From the human T2T-CHM13v2.0 reference genome, Homo sapiens, in assembly GCF_009914755.1 (NCBI RefSeq), contig NC_060942.1: a stretch of 64,000 nucleotides of DNA. One strand, 5' to 3'. The translations under genes were made by a program, and so were the position numbers. The notes beneath the pieces are model-generated. The model was not told the origin of the DNA and searched no databases. It saw nothing but the letters and a program-made list of their open reading frames with translations. Shown here piece by piece: positions 1 through 15,229 of the stretch. Position 1 is the stretch's first letter, and each line of letters opens with the position of its first letter.

Positions 1-80
1 ACAACTTACTCATGTAACCAAACACCACCTGTTACCCAATAACCTATGGAAATAAAAAATTAAACAAACAAACAAACAAA
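1..80 (+). mobile_element. L1 3' end (L1PB-like) with A-rich (AAAC)n tail; runs off the window start
   Basis: aacttactcatgtaaccaaacaccacctgtt..aacctatggaaataaaaaa matches the recalled L1PB-type 3' UTR terminus, followed by (aaac)n. Confidence 0.8.
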
Positions 81-194
81 AAATACTGATGAAGCTTCTC
101 TTACCTGCCTGCCACACACCTACTGCTGTGTGGGTCTGTTCCTAACAGGCCATGTACCAGTACCAGTGCGTGGCCCAAGGTGTGGGGACACCTG
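81..194 (-). mobile_element. MER1A (hAT-Charlie) 5' end, interrupted by the L1
   Basis: reverse complement reads caggtgtcccca..tggcctgttaggaac..gaagcttcatcagtattt; homologous to the copy at 25550-26110. Confidence 0.8.
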
Positions 195-297
195 AGCTAT
201 ATATCCCAGTTCTGTTTAAAATTCAATTTTTGTTTTCTGTATTTTCTGCTATAAACTAGAATTTTCTCTTGTGTCTCCTTTTTTAGTTAATGGTACT

Positions 298-884
298 TGT
301 TGGGGCTCAGCAATTGATAACCCAAAATTACAATCCTTTTTATATACTGAACTAAAGAAGAGGCCTCAAGGTCTCTTTGTTTCACCCCCTACCCCACAAT
401 CTCTTCCTAAGCACAAAATACAGTTGTACTTTGAAGTTCCATTATCTGCAAGCCCGGACCTACCAAAGAAGAAAACAATTACCTCCAGTCTCTTCCCTGG
501 GTTTTCATTAACTGAACTCATATCACGGGAAGACTAAAGTCTGTCAACAAACCTGAACAGACTTTAGTCTCAAACCATTGTCTGATGTTCTGTGTGCTCA
601 ACAGCCTTTGTGCCAGATCATTGTACGTTTTGCAAGTCAATTGAATTGCCCTTAAATTCATCTACCATCTCCTGAACATCATCCACACTTCTCTATCACT
701 CTTTCCTCTAAGAAGTATATAAGCATCTGTACCCCATTGGAATATTGGACAATCACTCTGTGATTCTCCCCGTGCACAGTAGTAAGAAATTTTTAGTCTT
801 TTCTCTAATTTAATCTGCCTTATTGTGAGATTATTTTTCAGTGAAACTTCTAAGGGCGAAGGGGAAGTTTCCTTTGCCCCAACA
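298..884 (+). mobile_element. ERV1 solo LTR (MER34/MER39/LTR48-like group)
   Basis: tgttggggctcag...gaaggggaagtttcctttgccccaaca termini (TG..CA); 4-bp TSD tact/tacc; subfamily uncertain. Confidence 0.75.
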
Positions 885-1521
885 TACCCATGTTGCCTAT
901 TTTAGAAATTTGTAAATATGTTTAAATATTTATTAATACATTCTTCTTCTTTTATCTACATTCAAGCACCAAAGGAATCACAAACTATTTCCTTCTCACA
1001 TTCGTCTTTTTACTGCTAATATATTTCACACATCCATATTTTTTTCATGTACTGTTGTAATTACATCTCTACTGCTTTGAGAAACTCCAATCTTCAAGTC
1101 CTCCAATCCATTCTCTACATGCCAGGTATTGTATGTGTTCTTCCCTAATAGGCAAGTAGGAGTGTGCACTTTACCAACATGGATGATGCATATATATTTT
1201 TGATTACTCAGGATATGAAAATGAATGGAACGTGCTGTCTATGTCCTCAAAGAACCCACACTTACAAGCAAGACAAAATTGTAAATGACTCTGAGCAGAT
1301 ATAAGTAATATGGGGAAATAAAAAGAGTATTCATGCTCTTTACCATTTATTCATCAACTCTTCTGAGTATTGTTCTAAGCACTAGTGATACAGAACTGAC
1401 CTGGACAAAAAGATTTCTTAGATCATGAGTTTTATTTTCAATGACAGAAGATTTAGGAGTCAAGGAAGGCTTCATAGGGAGATGACAGGAGGCAAATTTT
1501 AAAATCACTATTTCTAATGGT

Positions 1522-2014
1522 TGTAAGGGAGAAAAGATTTCTTTATTTGCCCATTGCTAGGCTCATGGCTGATACTCCTATAAGAAAAGACAGATTAATA
1601 AGAGAAAAGCATAGAAATTTATTTAATATAAATTTTATGTAACACAAGAGCCTTCAGAAATGAAGACCCAAAGAAATAGGAAAAACTGTACATTTTTTTG
1701 GACAGTTGTGTTGCAGTATGATTGGAGCTTAACAGGTTATGACCTAATAGCAATGACTTGGGGGGAACTTAGCAAGGCCTATTCAGATTCTTCTCTGTTT
1801 TTCTGTGTGATAGTCCTTTTCTCTGGACATAGAAGGGACCCTCCTGGAACGAGAATCTTATGGCCTACTTCAGAGAAAAGTCTGCTAGGGTCTGCTAGGT
1901 TTTATACACCTCTTCAGGAAAAGAGCAAGGGGAAGAGGAGAGTGAGTTTTCTACTTCTGTTTTTTCCAAATGCCAAGTGCCATATTTTGAGGTAGTGTGT
2001 CTGTAACTCTATCA
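1522..2014 (-). mobile_element. ERV1 solo LTR (MER31-like)
   Basis: minus strand starts tgatagagttacagacacactacctcaaaatatggcacttggc and ends ..cccttaca; perfect 4-bp TSD TGGT. Confidence 0.75.
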
Positions 2015-2628
2015 TGGTGAACCTTAAATATTTATATTTTAATAAAATATTTAAGAATGACTTAGAAATCGACAGTTAAAGTCAGTGAGACTATTTTCTG
2101 TTGATTAAATAAACTTGCAGAAAAACAAAGAACTTGTACATTCACATCTGGACATATGAGGTTCCCAATGGATGTAAAGAGATTCCCCAATTCAAAGTCT
2201 TCACCACCAAAAAACTTTGAATTCTCCTTCAGCATCTTTCATTTGTTATTTCAATCAATCATTCAAGTAATAAAGAAATATTTATTTATTCTCATGACCT
2301 AGACTAGCAGATAAAGAAAGGCTTCTCTTAGGAAGTGATATTTTAAGGATGAGTAGGTCTTTGGTGGGGAGAAGCAGGAGGGGGTGAATGGCATATAATG
2401 TTCATTAGGGAATGTGGCTTTAGGGAACATGGCATGATTATGGAATTGAAACAAGGGCAGGAAGAGTGGCATGCAGAGATTAGTCTGTCTGCTTGAACGA
2501 TTTAAGATTCTTAAGTTCAGACTCCAGAGACAAAGTCATTTTCCTTCACATGGCCCTCAAACATGCCAGAATGCCTGACATAGAGTAGGATCTTAATGCA
2601 TATTTGTTAAGTAAACTAATATGCATAA

Positions 2629-3703
2629 TGTTGCCACTCAGAATGCAATACCCTAATGTGAAGGCCTCAGAAATAGCCACAGAAAAAAAGTTTCTCTCTG
2701 AACTTCTCCCTCCTCTCTTTCATCCATCATTCTCCCCCAAGGCTAGCCATAGAAACTAGAATTCCTCTTCCCCAAAGCAGGTCATAGAAAACAGAACCCT
2801 TTTCCCCAAAGCCAGCCACAAAACATAAAATATACTCATCACTTTCTCCCATTTATCTGTGTAAGAACTGGCTATAAAGAAATTCTCTGACCTAGTTGGT
2901 TTGATTGAAGGCCCTAAGGTCCCCTCCTTTCAGCAAACGTCCTGCCCCATACGCAGAATAAGCAAATGCTGCACAGAGAGGCCAAGAAGAATCTGGATAG
3001 GCCTTACTAAGTGATATGGTTAGGATCTGTGTCTTTGTCCAAATCTCATGTTGAATTATAATTCCCAATTTTGGAGGTGGGGCCTCTGGGAGGTGATTGG
3101 ATCATGGAGGTGTTTCTTCGGAGTGCTTTATTCCCATCTTCTTGGTGGTGTTCTCATGATAGTGAGTGAGTTCTCATGAGGTCTGTTTGTTTAGAAGTAT
3201 TTAGCCCCTCTCTCACTCTCTCTTACTCCTGTTTCTGCCATGTTAGATGTGTCTGCTCCCTGTTCACCTTTGGCCATGTTCGTAAGTTTCCTGAGACCTC
3301 CCCAGAAGCCAAACAGATACCAGCATTATGTTCCCTGTACAGCCTGTGGAACCATAAGCCAATTAAACATCTTTTCTTTATAAATTACCCAGTCTCAGGT
3401 ATTTCTTTATAGTAATGCAAGGATGGACTAACACACTGAGTTTCCTCACTTACTCTACTAACATTAGTTCATATTGTTTTTGTTAAACGGTGCTGCATGG
3501 CTTTCATTCTTCATTGAGTCAGTGCGTGAAAATGGATGGCTTTCCCCGTATCTTTGGGTCTTATTCTGAAGTTTTCTGTGTCATGTAAAACTATGATCAC
3601 ATACATCTATTACGCTTTTCTCTTGTTAATCTGTCTTTGTTATAAGCGTGGTGGCTGTGATTCTTACGGTGGGGAAAAAGGCTCACCCCTCTCCACCTAT
3701 ATA
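2629..3703 (+). mobile_element. 5' LTR of the provirus (MER39/MER39B-like), split by MSTA
   Basis: shares tagaaactagaattcctctt.cccaaagcaggtcatagaaa.cagaa and downstream blocks with 11708-12316. Confidence 0.85.
3012..3435 (+). mobile_element. MSTA-like MaLR solo LTR inserted in the 5' LTR
   Basis: tgatatggttaggatctgtgtc...ataaattacccagtctcaggtatttctttatag..ggactaacaca; 5-bp TSD ctaag/ctgag; absent from the 3' LTR. Confidence 0.9.
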
Positions 3704-3707
3704 GTTT

Positions 3708-3725
3708 TGGTAACAAGAATGGGAT
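3708..3725 (+). promoter_or_regulatory. Decayed retroviral primer binding site, best match tRNA-Ser(GCT)
   Basis: tggtaacaagaatgggat vs TGGCGACGAGGATGGGAT (complement of the recalled tRNA-Ser-GCT 3' end): 14/18, with 3 of 4 mismatches at CpG positions. Confidence 0.65.
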
Positions 3726-5940
3726 GGCTGGGACACCTGACTTGCCCCAGAGCCTGCAGATGAGGTCCTGGGATAACTGACAAAAAGATAACAAAGAAAA
3801 GTAATAATTTTTACCAATGTCATCTCCCCTGAATCTCTACATATAGTACCCAGTTAAGAATGGAAGGTAAAAATTACCTTCATATCCTTCCCCTTCCAAA
3901 CTCAGCTTAGCAGGAGAAAATCATTTGTTTGAATTATGACTCTTTTGTAAATTTGGCTATGGGCCCCCAATTATTAATGATCCTTTTCCCTCTCATTGAC
4001 AGCTATTATTTTTCTGTTTATCTCATTTTGTGTTCTGAGAACTCGGCTTGGCTTGCCTCCTGTTGGGGCACATGGGTTATCACGTTGGTGTGTACAGATG
4101 ATAAACCAAAAGCCTGTGGACCCCATAAAAAGAATGCAGCTGAATAGAAATGTGGGTTGGCCCCATTTGTGGTTAGTGAGCCAACAGCCACCAGCTCTAA
4201 ATAAGTTATCTATGTATCTTTTCCGTTTTTGCTGTCTTTGGGGATGACTCTGGATCTTGTGAAGACTGCATGTTTATATCTCCTTGGAGAAGCTTTATGC
4301 ATCCTTGGTTAAGTCATAAAAGGTTTATTGATTTTGGTTCTGAGTCATATGTTAGGTAAGATTGGTTTAAAAGAAAAATAAATAAATAAATAAGAAGAAG
4401 TCAGAAATATTTGATGTTTTCGTCCTGGCTAAAATCTGATAAGGGATTTGAAAGGACTGAAAGGACTTTTTCTTTAAAGAGTCCTATGGTCAGAAGTTGG
4501 CTTAACTAGCTGATATTCAGACTGTCCCTTTTTTTTTTTTATAGTCTCCTCTTCTGCCTGTTGGATCCTGGTTCTCCCATGGGAATATCAGAGTGCTGAC
4601 AACCAAAAGATAGGATCTAAGGGAGACTTCTAGTGACCCTAAAACCCCTTGAGGAACACAAAAAAGGCACCAGTGACTCTCTTTTTGGTGGTCCTCTGTC
4701 TTCCTCATGGATCCCCAAGAGCTGTGGGTGGGTTACCCTCAGGTATGAAACTCTACTGTCTTTTACAGTGAGATCCCTTTGATTTTGTGGGGCACCAATG
4801 GTTACTGTATGCTTTGAAAGGGCACTTGAACTTCGGGTGGGTGGAAACTGATTAGTCACTGACAGAAGCTCTAATTTTTAAGGTAACTGACAGTGACTGC
4901 AATAAATGGTTATTACTGCAGGGGCCAGACAGAAACTGACAATAAAAGGTAATTTCCTACAAGAAAAGTCACTGGCTTCATTGATAGGGGGAGGATCTTA
5001 GAGATGGGGCCATGGGTTGATAATGGGATTATTTTTGGCAATTGGAAGGTCTCAAAGCCCTTGAAACCAATGGACAAGTCTCCCATCAAGTAGTGAGTTA
5101 GTCACGGAATGGGCTAGTTGGCACTGTCACTCACCGGCCTTGAGGGAACATTCTTACTGCTGGATACCCTGTGGGAGTGCTGCACGGCCCAGCCTCATGG
5201 CATTTCCCTTCTTAGCTTTTGCTTCCTCTCTGGAAAATCCAGGATTCAAACATAAAAATGAGATTTTGGATTTCTGGAAATCTAGGTGCTCCATCTTCTA
5301 ACTACTCCTGTCTTCTGAATATGTAAGTATTAGTCCTGGAAGTTACAGATGCTTTGTTTGCCCTATTCATTAATGGGCTCCACCCTAATCTCAATAATCT
5401 GGTTAAGAAATTGAGGCTAAATTGAAAAGTTTCTGATCTAACTAAGTTGGCCTCCAGGCCTCCAAAATATGACTTTCTGGCATTCAAATGATGATTTTAA
5501 ACAAGCTTTTGATTTTCTCCCAGGCTTGTCTATTACTTTGTAAAATCCCATTTTACAAAGTAATAAATAGTAAATTCCTATGATTTTATGTTGCCTGGGC
5601 ATCAATTTTTAAATTTTTCTCTATGTCTCATCTAACTGACACATGTGAACCTAATTCCCTTCCGAGCCAAGGCTCTCATAGAGAGTGGCTATCTTGATCT
5701 ACCTGTCAAGGCATGGATAGATTTTATAGCGACTCCCCAGAGAGACATCTCAAGACCAAATTAGAGAAAAATGCAATAAATTCAGTTTTAGCAGAAAGGG
5801 ATACTTTGTCCATCCAGATAAGCTTTGGACACATTCAGACTTAAAATTTAGCCCACAGTCCCTACAAAATTGACCTCTGATAATAGCTATATGCCAAAAG
5901 GTCTTTCTTGAGGAAAAAACAATCAAACAAGCAAAAATCA

Positions 5941-6058
5941 AATAAAAACAAACATTCATTCCTTCTCTGTACCTTGAGATATAAATTTTCTCTTTTGTTA
6001 ATAAAAACAAACATTAATTCCTTCTCTGTACCTTGAGATATAAATTTTCTCTTTTGTT
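5941..6058. repeat. 59-bp tandem duplication (2 copies, 1 mismatch)
   Basis: aataaaaacaaacatt(c/a)attccttctctgtaccttgagatataaattttctcttttgtt at 5941-5999 and 6000-6058. Confidence 0.95.
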
Positions 6059-6212
6059 CCTCCTAAGAGTCATCTCCTTAGAAGTCCAAACTTAGGGTTG
6101 CCTAACTATTACCTAGGGCAATGGAACTGGTAGTTAAAGACATATAATCTGAAGGGAAAGGGAAACTCTTTAAAAACTGACAAATGAAAAACCTTAACAA
6201 AAGTTGTAGAAT

Positions 6213-7430
6213 AGAAGGATGAAACTGAAGCCCTACTTTTCACCATATACAAAAAGTAACTCAAGGTTGATTAAAGACTTAAATGAAAGTCCTCAAATTA
6301 TAAGCATCCTAGAAATAAACCTAGGAAACATCATTCTGGACAATAGCCTTGAGAAAGAATTTATGACTAAGTCTTCAAGAACAATTGCAACAAAAACAAA
6401 AATTGTCATAGGACCTAATTAAAGGGCTTCTGCATAGCAAAATAAACGATCAAAAGGTAAACAGGCAACATACAGAGTGGGAGAAAATACTCACAAGCTA
6501 TACATCTGACAAAGGTCTAATATCTAGAATCTATAAGGAACTTAAACAGTTCAACAAGCAGAACACAAATAACCACATTAAGAAGTGGGCAAAGGATATG
6601 AACAGACACTGCTCAAAAGAAGACATACCAACAAACATATGAAAAAATGCTCAACATCACTAATCATCAGAGAAATGCAAATCAAAAACACAATGAGATG
6701 CTATCTCATGCCAGTCAGAATGGCTATTATTAAAAAGTCATAAAAAAAAAAACAGATGCTGGTGAGACTGTGGAGAAAAGGGAATGCTTATACAGTGCTG
6801 GTGTGAATGCCAATTAGATCAGTAACTGTAGAAAGCAGTTTGGAGATTTCTCAAAGAACTTAAAACAATTAGCATTCAACCAGCAATCTCATTACTGAGA
6901 ATATATCCCAACACAAATAAATTATTCTACCAAAAAGACATATGTCCATCACATATGATGACTCACATGTTCATTGCAGCACTATTCACAATAGCAAAGA
7001 CATAGAATCAACCTAGGTGCTCATCAGCGGTGGACTGGATAAAGAAAATGTGGCACATATACACCATAGAATCCTACACAGCAATAAAAGAGAATGAAAT
7101 CCTGTCCTTTGCAGCAATATGAATGCAGCTTGAGGCCATTAAACTAACTAAACTAGTGCAGGAACAGAAAACCAAATATCTTATGTTCTCACTTATAAGT
7201 GTGAGCTAGACATTGGATACTCATGGACATGAAGATGGCAACAATAGACACTGGAGAGCAATAGAGGAAGGAAAAAGGGAGGGGCATAAGGGTTGAAAAA
7301 CTAACCGTTGGATATTATGTACAGTATCTAGATGACAGGGTAGTTCATATTGCAAACCTCAGCATCAAGCAATGTAGCCATGTAACCATCCTGCATGTGT
7401 ATCACCTGAATCGAAAATAAAAGTTGAATT
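6213..7430 (+). mobile_element. 5'-truncated L1 (L1PA15-17-like): ORF2 C-terminus and 3' UTR, inside the ERV
   Basis: ORF 6219-6422 (MKLKPYFSPYTKSNSRLIKDLN) is ORF2-like; 3' end caaacctcagcatc..cacctgaatcgaaaataaaagttgaa; degenerate TSD aaaagttgtagaa/aaaagctgagaa. Confidence 0.9.
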
Positions 7431-9549
7431 TCTTCCTTTAAAAAGCTGAGAAACCTGCTTCTTTCTGTGTATTTGTGAATGTCTGTATATGTGTGTATTG
7501 AGAATGTGTGGTATTTTTTTCCTGCAGTTTTAGTACCAAAATATATTCTTTACATTTAATTAACTTAAAGAAAATAAATAATAAGCACTTAAGTGTTTTA
7601 TCAAAAGGAAAAATATAACAATTAACTTAAATGTCTTTTAGTTCATGTGATCTTAGATAATCTTTGGTAAATAAAGTTAGTTTATAATTTTTGGTAAGAT
7701 AAAAATAGAAATGTTTTTAAAATTGTCAGCATTGATTGTAATGCAAACATACTTTTTTTCGCAAGAGTTTTAGTCAAATAAACTTGTTGCTTCCTAGATG
7801 TTTAAGAAGAGGGAAAAAAAGTTTAACTTTTAACAATTTTTGTTCCTGTGATATTTTTGATACTTGTCTAATCTGTTGGTGAGCTAACACTATAAGAGTC
7901 AGCTATTGGGCTCTCCCAAAACCTTCCACACATCTTGCTGTGAGCTTCTGTGTTTGGTTTTAAACTTCTGTATTCTGGGATCTAAGCAGGTAGCCAAGGT
8001 GAAGGCTGGGAACATGTATGTGTCTGTAGCACTTGGGCTACCAGCTGCAGGACAGGGCCAAGCCCAGTATGGTTGCATCCTGTGTCCAGTGTCTCAAAAG
8101 ATTTGGTTAAAACAAGGCTGACTGATACTTGGTAAGCTTGGTTTTACTTAAAAACAGAAAAATAAACTTTAAAAAATGACTTGCTTTGTTTTCCATGAGC
8201 AATTTAAATATAATTATTAAATAAGTAAATGAGATAAATGTAAATAAAATAACATTTATATATACATTTATCAAAGTTTCAAATTTTTTTTAGTAATTTG
8301 AAGTCTTAAATTCATGGTTTGTTAAATGATAAATAATAATAAATTATCTGAGCCAAGTAAGTACTGAAACATTAATTATTAAGCATAAGTTTAAGTATAC
8401 ATACTAAGTATACATACTTCAACATCTTATTTTTATACAGTATAAAATAGCTACATATATCTGGATCTGTTAGTAAACAAAAAATTGAGAAATGTATCTT
8501 TCTAAAAATTATGAAATGGCTTTTAGTCTATAAATGCGATATAAAAGTTAAAAATTACTTATTTATTAGATTTTCATGGAAATTAAGGTTACTAAAAGTT
8601 AGAAATTCAAATTAATATGTGTAATTAAAGTACTACATATAAGAAAAAGAACATACATGCGAAGTATACAAAAAGATAGGTGTTTTTGGTAAGGAAATTA
8701 AAGTACTAGAATTTTTCTTTTGTTAAGAAAAAGAACTAGAACTTTGTCTAGAGATTATTTAAAGGGTATTTAGGAGTGAAGGAATGAAAGAAGAAATAAC
8801 GTAAAACTGAATGGATAAAAAAGTTGTAAAAGAGTTATAAATAATGAATCTAATCAAACTGATTTTTTTGATCAAACTGATTAAACTTACACAAATTTAT
8901 TATTAAGATTTTTAAATGCACCTTAATATCAAAAGTACACTGACAAAAAACTAGAATGTGGTTTTATCTTTTAAACAAGGTTTTTATGTAATAATGATAA
9001 GAGACAATAATTGTTTAAAAAATACTTTGATTGAACTGCGAGACAGAGAAAAAGAGAGAGAGAGAGACAGAGAGAGTCTATGTTATCAGAATAGCTTCCT
9101 GTGCTTCTTGTCTTCTTTATTGGGTCTTTGATTACCTAGGAAAACTAAATATTAAAAGGTTAATGTGTTTCTATAACTATGTAGCTTCTTGTGTTTACTT
9201 TAAAAGTATTTTAATTATCACACTGGTATGATGAATATTATTTCCCAGAGACCTGTGATTTTATTTTGATCAAGTATTTTTAAAACTTTTGACTTTTTTT
9301 TTTTTGACAAACTATCCAAAATCAAAATTGAGTCCTTTTGACCTCAAACCATCTTTTGGACATTTTAGAGGGGCCCCTGGAAGTCCAAGAGAGAAAGATG
9401 ATAAACTAATTAAGCTTATTTGTTATGTTAAAATTATCTAGGAAGCACTGTCAATTAAGAAATATGTTCAACTTTCTTGGAGTTATATTTCTGTGGTTAT
9501 GTTACTGACATATGTGTTCCAAATTTGTATAAAATTCCTAGAAACCTAA

Positions 9550-10005
<456 letters not shown>

Positions 10006-11707
10006 TAGTTAAGTGTTTTCTTCTGATGCCTCTTCTGAAAACTCTTTGCAAACATTTATAATCCTAAAGTATGTCTTCAAGGACATTCAGGGAAGGCATA
10101 GAAAGAACTCTAACAAACACAGGTTTCTGACAACTTTGAGGCCATATCTTTGGACTAGGTAAGAGTTGAAAAACTCTAAGGAAAAAACTGGAATCATAAA
10201 ATTTCTCACCCAATTTCAAGCAGAACAAAAATTAATTGCCCAGGGCTGAACCAATGAAGTATTATGATATTTTCTACTTCTTTTTGTTTGAAACATTGCT
10301 GATTCTTTTTACGATTTGTTTTCCAGATTCGATAAAACTTTTTTTTAATTTTAAGTTAATCTATAGCTTACAGTAATTTAGTGATGTTAATTTTTACAAA
10401 CAGAATTGAAACATTTTCTTATTTCACCCTGCTTGATCCCTTCAAAATTTGGAAACTATTCAGAGTATTCTTATTTTATGGCAATACAGTTATTTGTGTA
10501 GGTTCAATAATAATCTGTTCTTGTAACAGCACAACTGGTAACACTGGTTGTATTACCAAGGCTTTGCCTGAAATTTTGTATCTTCCAGTATGACCAGATA
10601 ACTTTGAGGAACTAAGGTTGAGTTTGTAAAGCCAATAAAAGAACTTGGAAAAATTGGCCTGGTACCTTGTCTACACAGTCCCCTTATAGGGTTCCTAGCC
10701 TTGCAATAAATAATTTCACTTTCTGACAAACTCAGAAATCTCAGGATATTTTGGAAACCTGGAGAAGAGAGGAATTTACCCAGTTCGTAAAGGTGTTACA
10801 GGCACAGTCTGATGGTGAATCTTACCTTGGCTTCTTGGCCTCAAGAGGGTTTTTAAAAGTCTAATGCAAAAGCCTTTGTAAAAATGTTCCATCAATGCCA
10901 ACTTAAAAAGAGCTTATGTGATCAGTAATTATTCTTGCTGCAGTCAGGCCAAATTAATAAAACTAAACTTATTTTATACACAAATTGGCCTTACTGTGAT
11001 TATCTTTATCAAAATGAGGGTGAGTGGAGAGAAAAACTATTAAGCACTTGTATAAGACTCTACCTACATGTTGTTGAGGGTTTATTATCTCCCTACAATG
11101 TGGACTAGATCCAATATCTGGCTGTGAGTCTCCAAACTAACATTTCCAATTTTCTCTGATCCTTCTGGCTTGGAATCACTGTGATTAAAACTGCTTTTCA
11201 TCTTGCTCTGCAAGATGAAATTATGCCATTTGATATAGACTTCAGAGAAGTCAGCACAGCAGCTTATATATAAAAAGTATTTGTGTCTTTTGCTGGACGG
11301 ACTACTCAGAAGTTTCACTGAGACACCTGATGCAAACTGCAACCAGGAAAAGTCTGTCACATTGCCACTGCCTACTGTCACTCATCTGAAAACACTTTGA
11401 GCACCAAAGATCTGAAAATCTTAACTGGCTGCCCTCTGGACTAAAACATTGAGTTTATAGTTTATTCTAACCATCAATATTTTTCTTTTATTTCCATAAA
11501 AATGTCTCTGATTCTTCAAATGATACAAAGACTTGACTATGGTGGAAGCCCATCTGCAACACTACTGCCTAAAATGAGACATAATGGTTAGCTGTTTAAC
11601 TAGAATGGCCTCTTGTTGGGACTGAGATTGGTTCAGTAGCTTAGGAGACATTCCATCTACTCAATTTCTGAACTGTGAAACTTCTTGGGAGATTTTAGAC
11701 TGAGGAA

Positions 11708-12316
11708 TGTTGGGACTTAAAGATAATACTCCAAAGTGGAAGCCTCAGAAGCAAAGTTTCTCACTGACCTTCTCTGCCCTCCTATATCTCACCTCTCATT
11801 TTCCCACAAGGTTAGCAGTAGAAACTAGAATTCCTCTTTCCCAAAGCAGGTCATAGAAACCAGAATATCTTTTGCCCGAAGCCAGTCATAAAACATAAAA
11901 TATTACTCTAACCTTCCCTTATTTTTCTGTGTAAGAATTGACCATGAAGAAATTACTGACTTACCTCGTTTGATTGTAGGTCATAAGGCCCCCATTCCAA
12001 AAAAGGTGCTGCCCCATACTTGGGAGGAAGAAAGCCTCCACAGAGAAGCCAAGAAGAATATGAACAGATAGGCCTCAGTCTATTAGCATTAGATCATATC
12101 TTTTTGTTCAATTACAATTCTACATGGCTGTTACTTCTTCATTGAACTTATGCATAAAAATAGACAGTTTTGCCTGTAACTTTGGGCTTTCATTCTGAAG
12201 GTTTCTGCATTATGTGAAACTATGACCAAATAAATGTGTTAACCTCTTTGGTATAGGTGCATCAACTATGACCTTTATGATCTGGAGAAAGGGATCACCC
12301 CATTTTTACCACTATA
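11708..12316 (+). mobile_element. 3' LTR of the provirus
   Basis: begins tgttgggact after purine-rich gaggaa; homologous to the 5' LTR; followed by the ATAA TSD. Confidence 0.85.
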
Positions 12317-12402
12317 ATAATAACAAGTTGAAATCCACTCCTAAATAATAGTAGTATAGGCTTAACATATCAAATCACAGTGTTTTTCAAAAATGTTTTA
12401 TC

Positions 12403-12857
<455 letters not shown>

Positions 12858-14154
12858 CTATTCCCTTAGGCTACCTGAATATCTCAGACGCTGAGTGCCT
12901 GAGAAATTACTGTGATAGCTATTTCATCTAAAAAATGTTTGCACTATAACTGAGATCAATCCAGATGAGAACAGTAGGAATTTCAGAAAATGTTAGAGCC
13001 TGAGAGAGAATATTTTAGACCTCATAAATGACTGGCATAATTGTTAACCATGCGAAGTATATTAGGTTTGCTCATTCTTTGGGCTTGAGGTGGGAAGAAT
13101 GAAGCAGTATGCAGTAAAAGGAATATCAGACAGATGTCTTCAACTTCTTTTTGCTTCAGCATTTAACATCAAGTGACCCGCAGCAGTTTATAAGATCTTT
13201 GTGAGCCTCAGTTCATTTGCACGCATGTAATGTGTAGTTAAATACTAAGAACTTGTGGAAAACACATAACATACCTACAATAAGCATAGTTACTTGCACA
13301 CATGACACCCTCAAAGAGTCATTTCCATTCCCCTCCACCTCGTTATTTTTTGTGCTTATTTTTGGACTTATGTAATTGAAATTTTAGGAAGTAGAGTCAA
13401 ACTAGTATCTCTAAAAACTTAAAGCGTACTGATTTCACAATTTCAAATAAGCAATATCTTTGTTTAGGTACTTTCAAGGATCATAAGAAAAATAATCTCA
13501 CCCCTGTTGAGAAATTTTATTTTGTTGCCTCCCAGCTGTCACTTAAGATTCACTTAAAATCTCTCTGATTGACTCCCATTTTGACCATAGATTGGGGCTT
13601 GCTGTGAAAACCCACTGGTTTGTATTTATTTTTTTCTCTCAGGGAAAATAAGAGACTCTAAAAATACTTACATAAGATTAGGCAATAGACCAGATCTTTC
13701 TTTCCTGAAAATTATAGTTCAAAGTATATTTTATTATGTTTCTATTTTGATAGCAATAGCTCCAAACCATGCTTCATATTCCCCACTTTGTCCTACATGC
13801 ATTTACTATCCATTTCTCATAACATTATTTCCTGTGGTCTTTGTAGGAATTGCTTAGATTGCTTTATTAGCTCTTATAGTACACTTTGGTGTTTGACTGG
13901 CCTACATAAACATAGTTTCATTTCTTTAAAGTAATAATTAAATTATCATTTTGTTTTCTTAGATCCTGCCATTTGCTAACTATATCAATTTTCTCATCTT
14001 GCGACAGTTACTTGATTTGGCCATACCATTTCTGCTTTTCTTTTGTTGACATACCTTTTGCAGTTCTTGAACTTCCAACATGTTAATTACTCTGAAAAAC
14101 ACATTGCTAGGAATTAATCCTATTCTTCATGTGACTCTCAATTTATGTGGAGGA

Positions 14155-14581
14155 TGTCTTAGTCCATTTTTTGTTGCTATAAATGAATACCTGAGGCTGG
14201 GTAATTTAAAAAAAAAACAAAAAGAGGTTTATTTTGCTCACAGTTCTGCAGGCTTGGAAGTTTTATGTTGTATGGCGCAGGCTTCTGGTGAGGGCTTTCA
14301 GGCTGCATTATAACACAGCGGAATGTTAAAGGAGAGTGGACAGGTGCAAAGAGGCAAAACCTGAGAGGCAACCTGGCTTTATAACAACCCATTCTCAAGA
14401 GAATGGATATATTCTTCAGCAGCAAAACTTACTCCCTTGAGATGGCATTAGTCTATTTATGAAGAATCCACCTTCATGACCAAAACACCTCCCACCAGTC
14501 CCCACCTCCCAACACTGCCACATTGGGGATCAGATTTTAACATGAGTTTTAGCAGGGGAAAATTATATCCAAATCATAGCA
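14155..14581 (-). mobile_element. MST-family MaLR solo LTR (MSTB/C-like)
   Basis: tgtcttagtccatt..gaatacctgaggctgggtaattt...ccaaatcatagca; 5-bp TSD gagga/aagga. Confidence 0.85.
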
Positions 14582-15229
14582 AAGGACAAATGAAATACCC
14601 TCTTGCCTGGTTGCTAAATATACTGAAAGCCACTGTTTGAAATCCACTTTAAACTATTTCATTTAACAGTGTAATTGCATCACAGTTAAGCCTTTTTGGA
14701 CTTTCCTTTTTGGATTTATAAAAAGTTATTTGGGTAAAGGGAATATTCATCTTTGCTTCTCTTTTACAGTTTTAAATATATCTGCTTAGTTTCCAGTATT
14801 CTTTCAAGATTTTGTAAAAGGAAACTCTCTCCTCTTCTCTAAATAAGTTTAAATTTATCTCTTAATCATTTGAAGAAAGACATATTAATTCTAACTCAAG
14901 TGATGTCTCCCTACTTTTAAGTTGGAATTATTTAATGTATAACTTTATCAGCATAAATATCTGTTTTGTGAATAGTAAAAGCCATTCTACCATTGTTTTA
15001 ATTATCTATATCAATAATTGTTTGCAAGCTATTTGTAACATTACTAGCTCAATCAAATTGATGTTAGACAATTATATATTCCTAGAGTGGGAAGAAAAAT
15101 AACCACCTCTGCTGAACCGTGATAAGATTGTAGGTATCACAATTTTGCATTTATCTGGAAGAAATTAATTGGAAAAGTATTTTTTAATATGTAGATGATA
15201 TCTTATCACTGCAACTTTCTCTCTTTTGT

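Noticed and set aside
271-1995. ORFs 271-537 and 1660-1995
   Set aside because: Both lie largely within solo LTRs and resemble no protein I recognise.
10900-11700. env remnant at the ERV 3' end
   Set aside because: No plus-strand ORF or recognisable furin, ISD or CX6CC motif; a TBLASTN search would be needed.
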